This document shows positions 16,098 to 31,817 of a stretch of DNA of 64,000 bases, piece by piece. Positions within the stretch are counted from its first letter, which is position 1; each line of letters starts with the position of its first letter. The notes beneath the pieces were generated by a model. The model saw only the letters and a list, made by a program, of their open reading frames with translations. It did no database searches and was not told where the DNA came from. Source of the DNA: Eledone cirrhosa (Eukaryota); assembly GCA_964016885.1 (NCBI GenBank), contig OZ024751.1:44144001-44208000 (forward strand). Direction: 5' to 3'. The translations under genes and the position numbers were made by a program.

Positions 16098-16568
16098 TTA
16101 AGAGAGTAAAACAAAGAATCCTTTAATACATCAAAAGTTTTTATTAGCCGACAATGTTTCGTCCTATTAAGGACTCATCAGGGCAATCAAAACAACAAGA
16201 GGTAATTTCGGCAGATACAAGCCAGAAACTCTGAAGAATATGGAGTTTACATACACTAATGTCTTACAAGGATATACGATAATAAAAATGAAGATAAAAA
16301 TAATAAAATTATAATAACTAAGGATGTAGATAACATTAAGAACGATATTACAAATATAGTCCAAAGTCACCAACTTAAATCTAAACACATTTGGTTATAT
16401 AGAGCAGGAGTTATTGTCGGCTAATAAAAACTTTTGATGTATTAAAGGATTCTTTGTTTTACTCTCTTAATTTTTCGACTCTGTTTAACTGCATTGAGCT
16501 ATACCTTTTACTGTCATTTCTATAATACGAAGAGGGTGTTTGACTCAAACACGCTCCAGTATTCTAAT

Positions 16569-16572
<4 letters not shown>
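16098..16572. mobile_element. pLTR-like element with canonical minimal HHR at 16147-16184 (minus) and an inverted terminal segment
   Basis: GCC-CTGATGA-GTCC(TTAATA)GGAC-GAAAC-ATT-GTC-GGC. 16098-16155 is inverted at ~16413-16470; TA-flanked. Confidence 0.85.
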
Positions 16573-16624
<52 letters not shown>

Positions 16625-16676
16625 CTCGTCCTATGAACTGAATGCTCTTACCCTTGGATATTTCCGCCTAACTTTT

Positions 16677-16714
<38 letters not shown>

Positions 16715-16720
<6 letters not shown>

Positions 16721-17151
16721 ATTAAATAAATGGAAACTATATTTATAAAACCATATTTATTTCATTATATATATTTCGGGGATATCATATTAACAATATG
16801 CTATGCCTTCCTCAGACAAAATACAATATAAACAGTTTTATAGATAAATAGATTCGACATACCGTAACAACACAGACTTGCATTTGGAAAGGTTGATGCA
16901 AGTCTGTGTTGTTACGGTATGTCGAATCTATTTATCTATAAAACTGTTTATATTGTATTTTGTCTGAGGAAGGCCTAGCATATTGTTAATATGATATCCC
17001 CGAAATATATATAATGAAATAAATATGGTTTTATAAATATAGTTTCCATTTATTTAATATTGTAAATATACTCCAAATATTTGTCGAGTGCTTTTATATC
17101 AGTTATAAATATTTACTAGTTGTAACCCAACAATTTTAAATATAACTTTCC

Positions 17152-17154
<3 letters not shown>
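16715..17154. mobile_element. 169-bp-arm palindrome (12-nt spacer) with mirrored hammerheads (16758-16823 minus, 16956-17021 plus) plus a 3' tail
   Basis: Arms 16715-16883 and 16896-17064 are nearly identical. TATTTTGT-CTGAGGA-...CATATT(GTT)AATATG...-GAAA-TATATA-TA-ATGAAATA. Confidence 0.85.
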
Positions 17155-17190
<36 letters not shown>

Positions 17191-17333
17191 CATGTATACA
17201 GGCGTTACATATATTTGTGTGTATGTGTGTTTATGTGCATATATACATACATACATACACTCAAATAATCATTATTCTAAACGCGTTTTAAATCACTTTT
17301 CGCTCCATATCAATCACTAAATAAATATATACC

Positions 17334-17493
<160 letters not shown>

Positions 17494-17570
17494 TGTGTGT
17501 GCTTAAACGTTAAACAGAAATAACAACACAATCGGTACAGTATACGGAAGGCATATATTAGTTTAACGCT

Positions 17571-17651
<81 letters not shown>

Positions 17652-17652
17652 C

Positions 17653-17683
<31 letters not shown>

Positions 17684-17731
17684 CACATACATATATATAT
17701 ATATAAATATATATATATACATGTATATATA

Positions 17732-17779
<48 letters not shown>

Positions 17780-18231
17780 TTGTGTGTGTGTATATGTGTG
17801 TGTATCCCGGGTTCAATCGGGGATAACCATAGTAAGTAAGGTACTCAATACATAGTAGAGTATAAATATCTAATATAGAAATGGCTTCCACAGAATTTCG
17901 TTTAAAAGGAGAACGATTTTCTCCTTTTAAACTATTTACGGATCAAAGTATGAATTCTGATGTATATATATTCCTCTAAACATTTCTCTGAAGGAATGGT
18001 TATACCATTAATGGGTAGCTTTGCTTTACTGTCTTAAGGATTGGACTTTTCTCCCACAAACATCCTTAAAGACAAAACCATTTCTTCCCTGAAGATTCGT
18101 AAGTACATAAACACTGTAATATATATGCATAAGCATCTATGTCAACCGGTTGTATTGTAATTGTATTTATAGATGAAACACTATGTAAGAAGTAAATCTT
18201 CTGTTTAAATGTATTGCTTTCTCCTCCATAT

Positions 18232-18328
<97 letters not shown>

Positions 18329-18454
18329 ATACAATAACAGAGATAGTTTAAAGCTAAACTCTGACTGGTAACCATCTCACTCAACAAACATTAGGTTATA
18401 TTAAAATATAAACCCAATTTAAGTGTTTGGGGTGCTAACAATATATATATATAG

Positions 18455-18752
<298 letters not shown>

Positions 18753-18972
18753 TATATACACACATAATATAATACAATATAATATATATATATATTATTA
18801 TATTATTATTATTAAGTGAAATGACCGGAGGCCAAATATGTTGAATTTACTTAACATCGAAGATGGATGAGTTGCATAACGTCGAGTGCTTTTACCGTAT
18901 TGCTTCATGATTAACATTGCAGAATGACCAATTCTAACCAGTGGTAAACTACCAATTATATATATATACACA

Positions 18973-19048
<76 letters not shown>

Positions 19049-19373
19049 CACACAAACATACATATAAGCACACATACATATACATATAGATATAAATACA
19101 TACATGCATGCTTACATGCATTCATGCATGCATACATGTATTATGGGTTGCATGTATATGCATCTATGTGTGTGTATGTGTACGTGTGTGTGTGTGTGTG
19201 TGTATGCGTGTGAGTATATGTTCGTGTGTGTGTCAGTGATAAATATACGCAGATGGTAAAATATTTTACCTTTGTTATGCGTATCGATGCGTGTGTGTGT
19301 GTTGTGTATTTGTGTGTATGTGGTGTGCTTGGATATGTGTGTATGTGTGTTTGAGTATGTGATTGTGTCTGTA

Positions 19374-19410
<37 letters not shown>

Positions 19411-19886
19411 TGTCCTTGGATACGTGTGTGTGTTTGTGAGTATATGATAGTGTACGTGTTTATGTATGTGTGTATGTGTGTGTGTGTGTGTGTGTGTAGT
19501 GTACTTGGATATGTATGTGTATGTATGTTTGTCTGTGTGTGTATGTGTGTATATGTTGATGTGTGCGTAGATGTGTGGGTGTTGGTGTTTATGTGTTTGT
19601 GCGTGTGTCTGTATGTGTATGGGTGCAGATGTGTGTGTGTGTGTGTATGTATATGCATGTAGATATGTACGTAGATGTGTTGATATGTGTGCTTGTGTGT
19701 GTATGTGTATATGTGTGTATGCAAATATAGATGTGTGCTTAGGTGTTTGTGTGTACTTGTTTGTAGATGTGTGTGTGCAGATGTATGAATGTCTGAATGT
19801 CTGTGTGTGTATGAATGCGTATATTATATATATGTGCTAGTGATACCTTTAATGAAATATAAATATATTAAGGTAGAATATCTTAC

Positions 19887-20400
19887 CTTTAATAATATTT
19901 GGGTTCCGTTCCACAGTCAAATCCCCTCGTGGGTTCCATTTTGGTCCCCTCATCCCAAGTATATCGTCGATACTATATGAATTAAATTTCCTGATACTAC
20001 TACTACCACTGCTATTGCTGTGGTTAGTGTTACTGTTACCGTTGTTGTTACTGTTGTTATTGTTATTGTTGTTGCTTGTGGTGGTGGTGGTGGTGTGGTT
20101 ATGGTGGTGATGGTGGTGGTGATGATGATGTTGATGACTGTTGCTGTTGCTGTTGTTGTTGTTGTTGTTTGTGTTGTTACTGATCACACTGCTTCCAACC
20201 ACACTCAGCTTAATACTGCCGTTGTTTTTGTTATTGTTGTTGTTGTTATTAGGACAGATTTTGTTGTTGTTGTTGTTGTTGTTGTTATTGTTGTTGTTTG
20301 GGGTGTTGATATTGTTGTTGTTGTTACTGATTTTATTGGCGCCATTGGTTTGTGGCCCGGGGGACAATTCACTGTCCACCTGGGTGCTTTCTGCAGTCAT
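19887..20400 (-). CDS. First coding exon of a probable PRD-class homeobox transcriptional repressor (eh1/octapeptide motif; Hbn/Arx/Rx-like, identity unresolved)
   Basis: ATG at 20400 in AAA-ATG context with an upstream in-frame stop. Unique N-terminus MTAESTQVDSELSPGPQ, poly-N/H/T tracts, then RKFNSYSIDDILG (eh1/octapeptide pattern Y/F-S-I-x-x-I-L-G). Strong donor AAAG|GTAAGA at 19887/19886 (phase 1). No homeobox exon found in the window. Confidence 0.7.
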
Positions 20401-20528
20401 TTTACGCCAAATTATTAGTGAAAGTTATATATGTATATATATATAGAGAGAGAGAGTGAAAGACTGCTATAGATAGATAGCAAGATAGATAGAAAAATAG
20501 ACAGACGGATAGATTAGACAGATAGATG

Positions 20529-20587
<59 letters not shown>

Positions 20588-21160
20588 GGATAGATAGATG
20601 GATAGATAGATAAATAGATAGATAGAAAGATAGATAGATGGATATAGATATAGATATAGATATAGATATGGATTGGATAATGAGCTTTGATAATAAGTCT
20701 TCTATGTGTATGCATGTATTAGGTTCGGTGAGCGGTAGATATATCAATATTTTGATTGTAATAGAATATCTCTCCGATAGACAGATATAAAAACATAAAC
20801 AGGTAGATAGATATATATATAGATAAATAGATAAATAGACAAGTATATGGCTGGCTGGTTGGCTGAATGGTTGGATGGATGGCTTTTAGGGCGGACGGAA
20901 GTATTGATGTCCAAATTAGACGGAAGAATTATATAGATTGGTTATCCAGATAGTGGGTTGTTTAAACACTAAAGCGGCGATAGCAACCCGCACGCCGTGT
21001 AATGGGCTCCTAAAACACGTCTGCCTTCCCATCTACACAATGATTTGATGTGAGTTCGTGTGCGACCGACCGCTTTCTGACAAGCAGCAGCGACGGAAAA
21101 CATTCACTAGCGATGTGTGTGTGAGCATGTACGAGATTGCGTGTCTCACCCTGAGTGTGT

Positions 21161-21192
<32 letters not shown>

Positions 21193-21319
21193 CTGTGTGT
21201 CTGTGCGTGTGACCGTGTGTGTGTGTATAAAATGTTTAGTCATGCAGTGTTGGTAATAACAACAACAAATATTATTTATAAGAAGAAAGCATATTGTAGG
21301 CGAACGACTGCAAGGTATT

Positions 21320-21372
<53 letters not shown>

Positions 21373-21445
21373 TTCAACTATACACGAGTTGAAGAATTTT
21401 TCGGGTAAATATATATATATATATATATAGATCTATATATGTACG

Positions 21446-21517
<72 letters not shown>

Positions 21518-21840
21518 TACGTTTTTTGTGAATATATATTGTATTGTATTATATACAATAGAAATTAGGTTTCAAAGAAATTATGAAATAATTGTGAATC
21601 AAGAAATAATTAATAAATATTAATTCATTAAACTTTCAAGTCTTCCGTTGTATCCAACAAGTTTCCTGTTTAATTTTGTAGATTAATTCATAATCAGGGT
21701 TTCAAGTTCTCCGTTTCACCTTCTACAGTCAATTATTTCATCCAGCGCATCCATTTAAAAAAAAAATCTTTTTAAAAAACATGTGAATATATTGAATTCT
21801 CTTTTGTTGCATGTACAAACGTATGGAATGTACATGTACT

Positions 21841-21969
<129 letters not shown>

Positions 21970-22033
21970 ATCCCGGGTTCAATCGGGGGGAACCACAGTA
22001 AGGTACTCAATACATAGTAAAGTATGTAATGTT

Positions 22034-22083
<50 letters not shown>

Positions 22084-22199
22084 ATGTGTATGTGTGTGTG
22101 TGTGTATGTATATTATTTTCAAATGTCTTCTTTAGATTCTGATTAATGTTTTGTGATATGACATAAGAAAATTTTTGTTATTTTTGTGTGATTGTTTTA

Positions 22200-22256
<57 letters not shown>

Positions 22257-22303
22257 ATATGGTGTATATATATGTATATATATATACACATATATGTGTG
22301 TGC

Positions 22304-22434
<131 letters not shown>

Positions 22435-22442
22435 TATATATA

Positions 22443-22525
<83 letters not shown>

Positions 22526-22995
22526 CAGTAAAATCACAGCCGAAGAGTGTTATCCGATACAGTTCAGGTTAAACGCATTTAGCAAATATTTAAAAAAGCT
22601 TAATTCTTCTTCTTCTTCTTCTTTTTCTTCTTCTTTTCCTTCTTCTTTTTCTTCTTCTTTTTCTTCTTCTTCTTCTCTTTCTTCTACTTCTTTCTTTCTA
22701 TCTTTTTTTCTTCCTTTCTTTCCTTCCTTACTTCTTTCCTTCCTTTATCTTCCACTCAGTTCTGCCTCCGCTCGCCTCTTCCCCTTCTTTCACTCCCAGA
22801 CTCTTCCGTCCATCTAAGCGACCAGCTTGTTGTCTCCACCCCTCAATGCCACTGCCCAATCTCTTCTTCCTCCTCCTCCTCCCCCTCCTCTTCCTCCTCC
22901 TCCTCCTGCTACCCTTCCTCTCTGCACGTCTCTCTCTCTTTCTCCCCTCTCACTCCTTCCCTCTCTATTGCGCCCTTACATCATGCAACACCTCT

Positions 22996-23044
<49 letters not shown>

Positions 23045-23091
23045 CACTACTACTACTCCTACTACTACTGCTACTACTACTACTACTACTA

Positions 23092-23139
<48 letters not shown>

Positions 23140-23220
23140 TATATATATATATATAAATAAAATATAATGTATTGGGTACCTTACAGTGGTTACCCCCGAT
23201 TCTCGCTCCCGGGACTCGCT

Positions 23221-23253
<33 letters not shown>

Positions 23254-23491
23254 ACATACATATATACATACACACACATATACACACATATATATATATA
23301 TATATCCCGTTCTCGTTCGCCCACTCTCCCACCTTACTCTCTCTCTACTCCCTCCTTTCTAAATGTCATGTGTTGTTATGTTAACTGTTGTTACAGATGG
23401 TGTTGTTGTTGTTGTTGTGGTTTATGTTGTTGTTGTTGTTGTTGTCCCCAACATTTTCCGTGCAACATAACATTCTGAACAACAAAATAAA

Positions 23492-23588
<97 letters not shown>

Positions 23589-24039
23589 GACATATTCTTA
23601 ATAATATTATTATCATTATTACTATATTACGGAACCTACTCCCCCCTCTCCCCCACCCTGACCTCCATTCAATGTAACAGGACAAGTTTAATCCAATCTT
23701 ATTGGTTAAGATTGCTAGCTTCGTTGAATTCGTCATCTTTAGCATAGCAGCCACAACCAGTAGCAGCAGCAGCAGCAGCCCCCCCACCGCCATCACTACC
23801 ACCACCACCACCACCACCACCACCTCCACTATCACCACAACCACAACCACAACCACAACCACCACCATCATTACAACCAGCATCTCCACCAGCAACATCG
23901 GTAACACCACCACCACCACCACCACAACCACCACTACCACCACCATTACAAACACCACCACCACCAAACCACCACCCACATTACAACCACAAACATCACC
24001 ACCACCACCATCACCACCACCACCACCACCACCACCACC

Positions 24040-24087
<48 letters not shown>

Positions 24088-24469
24088 GTAACCTGCCAAT
24101 TTCCTCCCAACCAACTACTGTCAACTAATATTTAATCATGACCCACTAATTAAATATATTTACGTAAAACACCTTTATGTCTTTACACACACATACTGAC
24201 CGATGTACCCCCCCCCCCCCCACATACACACAGACACACAGACACACAGACACACAGACACACAGACACACACGCACATAAACACAGACAATCAAGCGCG
24301 ATGTCACATTTGTGTCGGTGCTGTTTTAATAATTGCATAAACACTGCACCCATGTGTCCCCGAAATACGTATTATGCGATAAATACGATCATGTAGCATC
24401 TGTTTTAACGTTAATTCGTATATATATATAATGGAAAAATTTGAACAGGGACAAAACAGAGAGGCAGTA

Positions 24470-24945
24470 CAATAAATGTTTATTAATTTCACGCTCAGGA
24501 GAGTGGGGGGTAGGTGGGGGACGACGTTTCGGGCATAAGCCCTTCCTCAGGTGAGAAGTGTGTGGGAACAGAGTTCAAAAGGTGTGTAGGGGAGTGGTGG
24601 AGAGACATATAGCGAAAGGAAACGGTGCGAATGAAAAAATAACAAATAAAGATAAAAATAAAAATAAAGCATGATCAAAATACAAGGAATGAGATAAATT
24701 TAAAAATAAAGGCATGATCAAAATAAACTGAAATTAAAAGGGGGGTAAACAGGTGGTGGAAGGGTGTGGGGTGAGTAGGGGTGGTGGCGGGTGGAGTGCG
24801 GAGAGGGAGACGGGGTGTCCGAGCGGGGAGGGCTGAAGGTGGTGTGTGTGTGTAGGTGATATGTGTGTGTGTAAAAGGTAAACAGAAATAACAACACAAT
24901 CGGTACAGTATATGGAAGGGATATATTAGGTTAACGCTTGATATA
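24470..24945 (-). mobile_element. PLE-like pLTR fragment with HHR motif 24520-24552
   Basis: CTGAGGA-AGGGC(TTAT)GCCC-GAAACGTC on the minus strand, helix I weak. 24880-24942 is shared with 17510-17575. Confidence 0.6.
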
Positions 24946-25088
24946 GCAGGAAGAGGGTCTCAATGTTTCATCATATATAACACACACACACACACTTACA
25001 AACACCCCCACACACACACACATATATATATATATATACACACACTTACAAACACACACACACACGCACACAAACACACACACACACA

Positions 25089-25150
<62 letters not shown>

Positions 25151-25339
25151 ACAAAGAGGGTGTTGCTGTTAAAATTGTTTCTGAGGATTGATAACTGAAA
25201 AGATGATTTCCCTTTTTGGGGGCTGATGGTATGGAGTTTATATCGATAATTTTGCCCTCTGGAACGATCGTAAAACAATGGATTAATAGACTATTTCACT
25301 TTTTATCCTTTCATTGTTTAATATTAAACAGACACACAC

Positions 25340-25376
<37 letters not shown>

Positions 25377-25472
25377 CAAGGTTTAGCAAATAATGAAAAA
25401 GTTTCAAAATAAATTTTAAAAAATTAACTTTACTTACTATAGTTACCTTTACCGAATCGGTTTCGAATCTCA

Positions 25473-25591
<119 letters not shown>

Positions 25592-25592
25592 T

Positions 25593-25689
<97 letters not shown>

Positions 25690-25939
25690 GAATACATACA
25701 TACATACATACATTCATACATGCATACATACATAAAAACTAAAACAACACTAACAAGACCATTTCAACCTATGTTAGGAATCTGTTGGAGAGGAGAGGAG
25801 CTCTGCCGGGTGTAAGAAATATGTCCTACATACACCATATATCAATATGGCACTCGTACTACTCCACCAGGAGTAACCTACTGATATAGTGGTCACGGTA
25901 GGAACGGCTTGTATTAGGCATGACCAACGGCTGAACTAT

Positions 25940-26073
25940 AACAACAACAACAACAACAACAACAATAACAACATCGACGACAATAATAACTATACCAACA
26001 ACAACAATATCAACAACAACAATAACAACAACAACAACACCAGCACCACCACCACCACCAACAACAACAACAC

Positions 26074-26108
<35 letters not shown>

Positions 26109-26635
26109 ACATCAGCACCAACAACAACAACAACAACACCAACAACAACAATAACAACATCAACAACAACAACAACAACAATAACAACAACAACAACAAC
26201 ATCAGCACCAACAATACCAACAACAACACCAACAACAACAATAACAACATCAACAACACCAACAACAGCAACATCAGCACCAACAACAACAATAACAACA
26301 TCAACAACAACAAAAACAACAACACCAACAACAATAATAATAACAACATCAACAACAACAAAAACAACAACACCAACAACAATAATAACAACATCAACAA
26401 CAACAAAAACAACAACACCAACAACAATAATAACAACATCAACAACAACAAAAACAACAACACCAACAACAACAATAACAACATCAACAACAACAAAAAC
26501 AACAACACCAACAACAATAATAACAACATCAACAACAACAAAAACAACAACACCAACAACAATAATAACAACATCAACAACAACAAAAACAACAACACCA
26601 ACAACAATAATAACAACATCAACAACAACAATAAC
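25940..26635. repeat. (AAC)n-derived array containing a 45-bp minisatellite
   Basis: Unit AACATCAACAACAACAAAAACAACAACACCAACAACAATAATAAC repeated about 7-8 times (26296-26630). Confidence 0.9.
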
Positions 26636-26965
26636 CCCGAAGTGTTCGATATTAAAAATAATCTCAATAATTAGTGTGAGAGTTAAATTAGTAAAAATCA
26701 ATTAGTCTATTGTGTTTAATTTATATATGTAAATGTTAATTTGTATATGTAAATGAGTGTGTTGCGTTTAATTGGTATATGTAAATTAGTGTTTTATGTT
26801 TAATTATGTTTCAATTAGTGAGGTATGTATAATGATTGTACATTAATTAGTTTGGTTAGTTAAATGTGTATGTATATATATATGTCTATATATACATACA
26901 CACACACACATATATATATATATATACATACATATATATATATATGTATACATACACATATATAT

Positions 26966-27069
<104 letters not shown>

Positions 27070-27500
27070 GTGAAAGGATAAAAAGTGAAATAGTCTATTA
27101 ATCCATTGTTTTACGATCGTTCCAGAGGGCAAAATTATCGATTTGAAATATATTTTCGAAGTAGGAAAGTGACAGTGACTTCAAAGTTCAACTTGATCGC
27201 TTCATTTGGTTGCTTTGCGATTAAGTTGAAACTTCGAAGTCACTGCCGCTTTTCTACATAAAAATAAACAAAGCTATACAGTTCTAGTCCTGTAGAGTCT
27301 CATCTATATTAAAACTACTATACTCTGCTATGTATTGAGTACCTTACTTACTGTGGTTACCTCCGATTCAACCCGGAATAACGTATATATATATATAGTA
27401 ATAGTTATGGCACTCTTTGGTTATTCCTATAACTATAACGGCTCTGTAGTATACTAGTTATCCTACATTGAGCTAAAACCACACTGTCATACCAAGGGCA

Positions 27501-27556
<56 letters not shown>

Positions 27557-27759
27557 GTATATATATACGTATATATATATATATATATATAACTGAGTTC
27601 GGATCTGGCTGTCGGGGCGGCCGGAGTTCGACCGTCGGGGTCCTGAATCTTTTCCTGTTACCCACTCTACTACTCTAAGTATCGAGTACTCTGGTGTGTT
27701 ATGGTCCACCTGGTTTCTTACCACACTTCCTTCGTTATATATACCTGTTTATATATATA

Positions 27760-27868
27760 TGTCCTCCTATTTTATCTGATGAAAACACAAATGTTATTGC
27801 ATGATGATATTTGTTTTTGAAATGCGCATAATAAAATACATGGAACTCATTTAACCATCTTTTGATCT

Positions 27869-27875
<7 letters not shown>
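27760..27875 (+). mobile_element. Family C fragment, HHR 27768-27838
   Basis: TATTTTAT-CTGATGA...GAAA-TGCGCA-TA-ATAAAATA is intact. Confidence 0.8.
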
Positions 27876-27930
<55 letters not shown>

Positions 27931-28060
27931 ATAATAATAATAATAATAAATTTTAATAAATATATATATATATATATATATATATTCATTTATTATGGCT
28001 GAATATTTAAACTTTTCTTTTAGGTATTGAGTACTCTATTCTCTCGTCCGTCAACTACAT

Positions 28061-28108
<48 letters not shown>

Positions 28109-28673
28109 GTATATATATATATATACGGAGAAACAGTCACAATGTGGTAGAGATAGAAAACAGAGAAAGGGAGGGAAAAATGAAAGATGCAGACGATATA
28201 GGGAGCAGAAGATATTGGTAGAGGAGATGGTGATGGTGGTGGTGGAGGTGGTGGTGGTGGTGGTGGTGGTGCGGGACTGTAGCAATCAACCAATAAGCGA
28301 TAATCTAACTGAGATACAGGTCAGGGCCTTCTCTTCCTCGTATAGTTTCTTATTATTTCTAGTTTCCCCTTCCTTACGTTCATCTCATTACTCATACTTC
28401 TCCTCTCGCGCTATCGTGTTCCTTCCTCTCTGTTTTACAGTTGAAGAGCCAAGCTAAGCCACGCCTGCTATTGCCATCGTTGACGATATTGGGCGGAGTC
28501 TTAGAGTGTCAGGTAGACTGCAGACCTGATTACAGAAATATAGTATGTTACTGGAGGGAATAATGATGGCGGTGGTGGTGGTGATTGTGGTGGTTGTGGC
28601 GGCGGCGACGGTGGTGAGAGTTGGTGGCGAGGATGGTGGAAGCGGCGACGGCGGCGTTGGTGGTGATGGTGGT

Positions 28674-28724
<51 letters not shown>

Positions 28725-28729
<5 letters not shown>

Positions 28730-29082
28730 ATATAGAAATGGATTCTACAGGACTAGAACTGTTTCATTCGGGAGAAATCATCAGGAATAAACAATATTTA
28801 TACTCTGCTATGCATTGAGTACCTTACTTTTGTGGTTACCCCCAGATTGAACCCGGGATAAACATATATATATATATATATATACGTAGGTCCCGGGTTG
28901 AGTCGGGGATAACCACAGTAAGTAAGGTACTCAATACATGGCAGAGTAAAATTTTTTTATTTTATAGAAGGAGCTTCTACAGGACTAGTACTGTTTCATT
29001 CAGATGAAATCTTCAGGAAGCTCCTGAAGATTTCATCTGAATGAAACAGTACTAGTCCTGTAGAAGATCCTTCTATAAAATA

Positions 29083-29090
<8 letters not shown>
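28725..29090. mobile_element. Two family A elements; HHRs 28742-28788 (minus), 28970-29024 (minus) and a mirrored plus copy
   Basis: Minus strand GGAGCTTC-CTGAAGA-TTTCATCTGAAT-GAAACAG-TACTAGTC-CTGTA-GAAGCTCC (8-bp helix I). Fold-back centred near 29020. Confidence 0.8.
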
Positions 29091-29119
<29 letters not shown>

Positions 29120-29335
29120 GGTATACAAGGATACAATTCACTTCTAGCACTCAACGCCATATTTCCATGACTGGGGTGACGGAGTATATTAATGAAGATG
29201 AAAATACGAAGTTGAAGGTGTTAGAGTCCTTTATTATTTGGATTGTAACACCTTCAACTTCGCATTTTCATCTTTAGTGAGTGTGTTCTGTTATTATTTC
29301 TGGCAATATTATTACAACAATATGTCCCTCCCCAA

Positions 29336-29376
<41 letters not shown>

Positions 29377-29377
<1 letters not shown>

Positions 29378-29588
29378 CGAAGGAAATGTGGTAAGGAACC
29401 AGGTGGACCATAACGCACCAAAGTACTCAATACTTACGGTGGTAGAGTGGGTAATAGGAACGAGTAGGACCCCGACGGCTGAACTCAAGCCGTTTCGACG
29501 GCTAGTTCTGGACTAAATGAAAATTTTCATTTAGTCCAGAATTAGCCGTCGAAACGGCTTGAGCTCAGCCGTCGGGGTCCTACTCATT

Positions 29589-29590
<2 letters not shown>
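29377..29590. mobile_element. Family D element with ~69-bp-arm fold-back
   Basis: Centre 29523/29524. Contains an HHR 3' half GAAACGGCT(TGAGCTC)AGCCGTC-GGGGTCC. Confidence 0.8.
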
Positions 29591-29633
<43 letters not shown>

Positions 29634-29663
29634 ATAATAATAAATTTGAAGACTATTATTTTA

Positions 29664-29698
<35 letters not shown>

Positions 29699-29700
<2 letters not shown>

Positions 29701-29893
29701 AAAAGAGTCAGAACCCCGACGGCAGAGCTCAAGCCGTTAAGACAGCTATTTCAGTTTACAGAAATAGCTGTCGAAACGGCTTGAGCTCTGCATTCGGGGT
29801 TCTGACTCTTTTCCTATTACCCACTCTACTACCCAAGTATCGAGTACTCTGGTGCGTTGTGGTCCAGCTGATTCCTTACCACACCTCCTTCGT
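29699..29893 (+). mobile_element. Family D element with fold-back
   Basis: Inverted 5' part, then GAAACGGCTTGAGCTC..., tail ...CCACACCTCCTTCGT(TA)n. Confidence 0.75.
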
Positions 29894-29918
29894 TATATAT
29901 ATATATATATATATATAT

Positions 29919-30370
29919 AATTATTTCTACTTTTGGCATAAGACCAGCAAATACCCAGTGCATAACTGGTACTTTATTTTATCGACCCTGCAAGGATGAA
30001 AGGCAAAGTTAACCACGGCGGGATTTGAACTCAGACTGGCAAGGGCCGTAACTCTATGCGTCAAAGCATGGAGTCGGAACCTCTACCAATACTGCCAATC
30101 CAAATAGAGTTACAGCCCTTTATGATCTGAGTTCAAATCCCGCCGAGGTTAACTTTGCCTTTCATCCTTACGGGGTCGATAAAATAAGGTACCAGTCACG
30201 CACTGGAGTCGATCTCATCGACCCCCCCCCCCCCCCGAAATTGCTGGCCTTGTGCCTACATAAGAAACCATTATATTACATTATATTAGCCTTGCCTTTC
30301 ATCCTTATGTGATCGATAAATTAAAAGTACTGGGTTTTTTTTTTGGGCCTTGTGACAAAAGTAGAAATAA
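29919..30370. mobile_element. Cluster of tRNA-derived SINEs (29919-30101 minus; 30104-30272 plus; ~30288-30370 fragment)
   Basis: B-box GAGTTCAAATC and GCCTTTCATCCTTACGGGGTCGATAAA core, in head-to-head orientation. Confidence 0.85.
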
Positions 30371-30896
30371 ATATTTATTTATGTTCATACACGGACCAAA
30401 AGCGCTACCTAAGGTTTCAAGGCCCAATGTTGACCATATCTCCAGCGTGTAAGACGGATACAAATTATGATCTAATCTTCATTTATTTAATTATATTTAC
30501 GTCACGAGAATGTTTAGTCAGTAGAATAGTATAGAGGTTAATATTTCCCTCATTAAGGCCAAGTTTGAGTCTTGTTACTCCGGAATTTCTTCTGTGTTTT
30601 CAGAGATGCATTAAAAGATTAGAAGCTCGTGTAGTGAGTACATAGGAGAAACTTCAGACTAACAAGTCTAAAGCTTAGCCTTCACGAGTAAAACATATAT
30701 ATGAGTCCATATTAATAGTTTTACTTAACTCCGCACAACCAGCAGTTTCAAGACGATGACGCACCTAAATCATCAGGAGCATTTGAGAAAACTAAACAAG
30801 ACGGAGAACTCTCTCTCACACACACACACAAGCACACACATTCATATATATATTTATTTATATCTACTTATATATATGTGTGAATGTATGTTTATA

Positions 30897-30929
<33 letters not shown>

Positions 30930-30973
30930 TATATATATATGTATGTGTATATATATATATATATATATGTATG

Positions 30974-31128
<155 letters not shown>

Positions 31129-31129
31129 G

Positions 31130-31192
<63 letters not shown>

Positions 31193-31193
31193 G

Positions 31194-31260
<67 letters not shown>

Positions 31261-31291
31261 ATATATATATATATAAATATATGTATGTATT

Positions 31292-31403
<112 letters not shown>

Positions 31404-31458
31404 GTACAGAATTAGCCGTCGAAACGGCTTGAGCTCAGCCGTCGGGGTCTTACTTGTT

Positions 31459-31499
<41 letters not shown>

Positions 31500-31579
31500 G
31501 TGTGTGTGTGTATATATATATAAACAAGAAATGTAAGTCAACAGATTAAAATCAACTTTTTTTATTCATATTCATTATT

Positions 31580-31764
31580 TGGATTGGCAGTATCGGTAGA
31601 GGGTCGGACGCCATGCTTTGCAGCACAGTTACGTCCCTTTACGGACTGAGTTCGAATCCTGCCGAGGTTAACTTTGCCTTTCATCCTTACGGGGTCGATA
31701 AAATAAAGTACCAGTAATACACTGGGATATTTGCTGGCCTTGTGCCAAAAGTAGAAACAATTAT
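31580..31764 (+). mobile_element. tRNA-derived SINE
   Basis: TGGCAGTATCGGTAGA A-box, GAGTTCGAATC B-box, core and GGCCTTGTGCCAAAAGTAGAAA tail. Confidence 0.9.
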
Positions 31765-31817
31765 TATATATATTTCGATGATAACCCTTAAACAACAGCT
31801 TTGACCTCATCAGACAG
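31765..31817 (-). ncRNA. Hammerhead motif truncated at the SINE junction
   Basis: CTGT-CTGATGA-GGTCAAAGC...TTATCATC-GAAA-TATATA-TA. Related to 5083-5137 and 34603-34658; helix I 3' strand missing. Confidence 0.55.
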
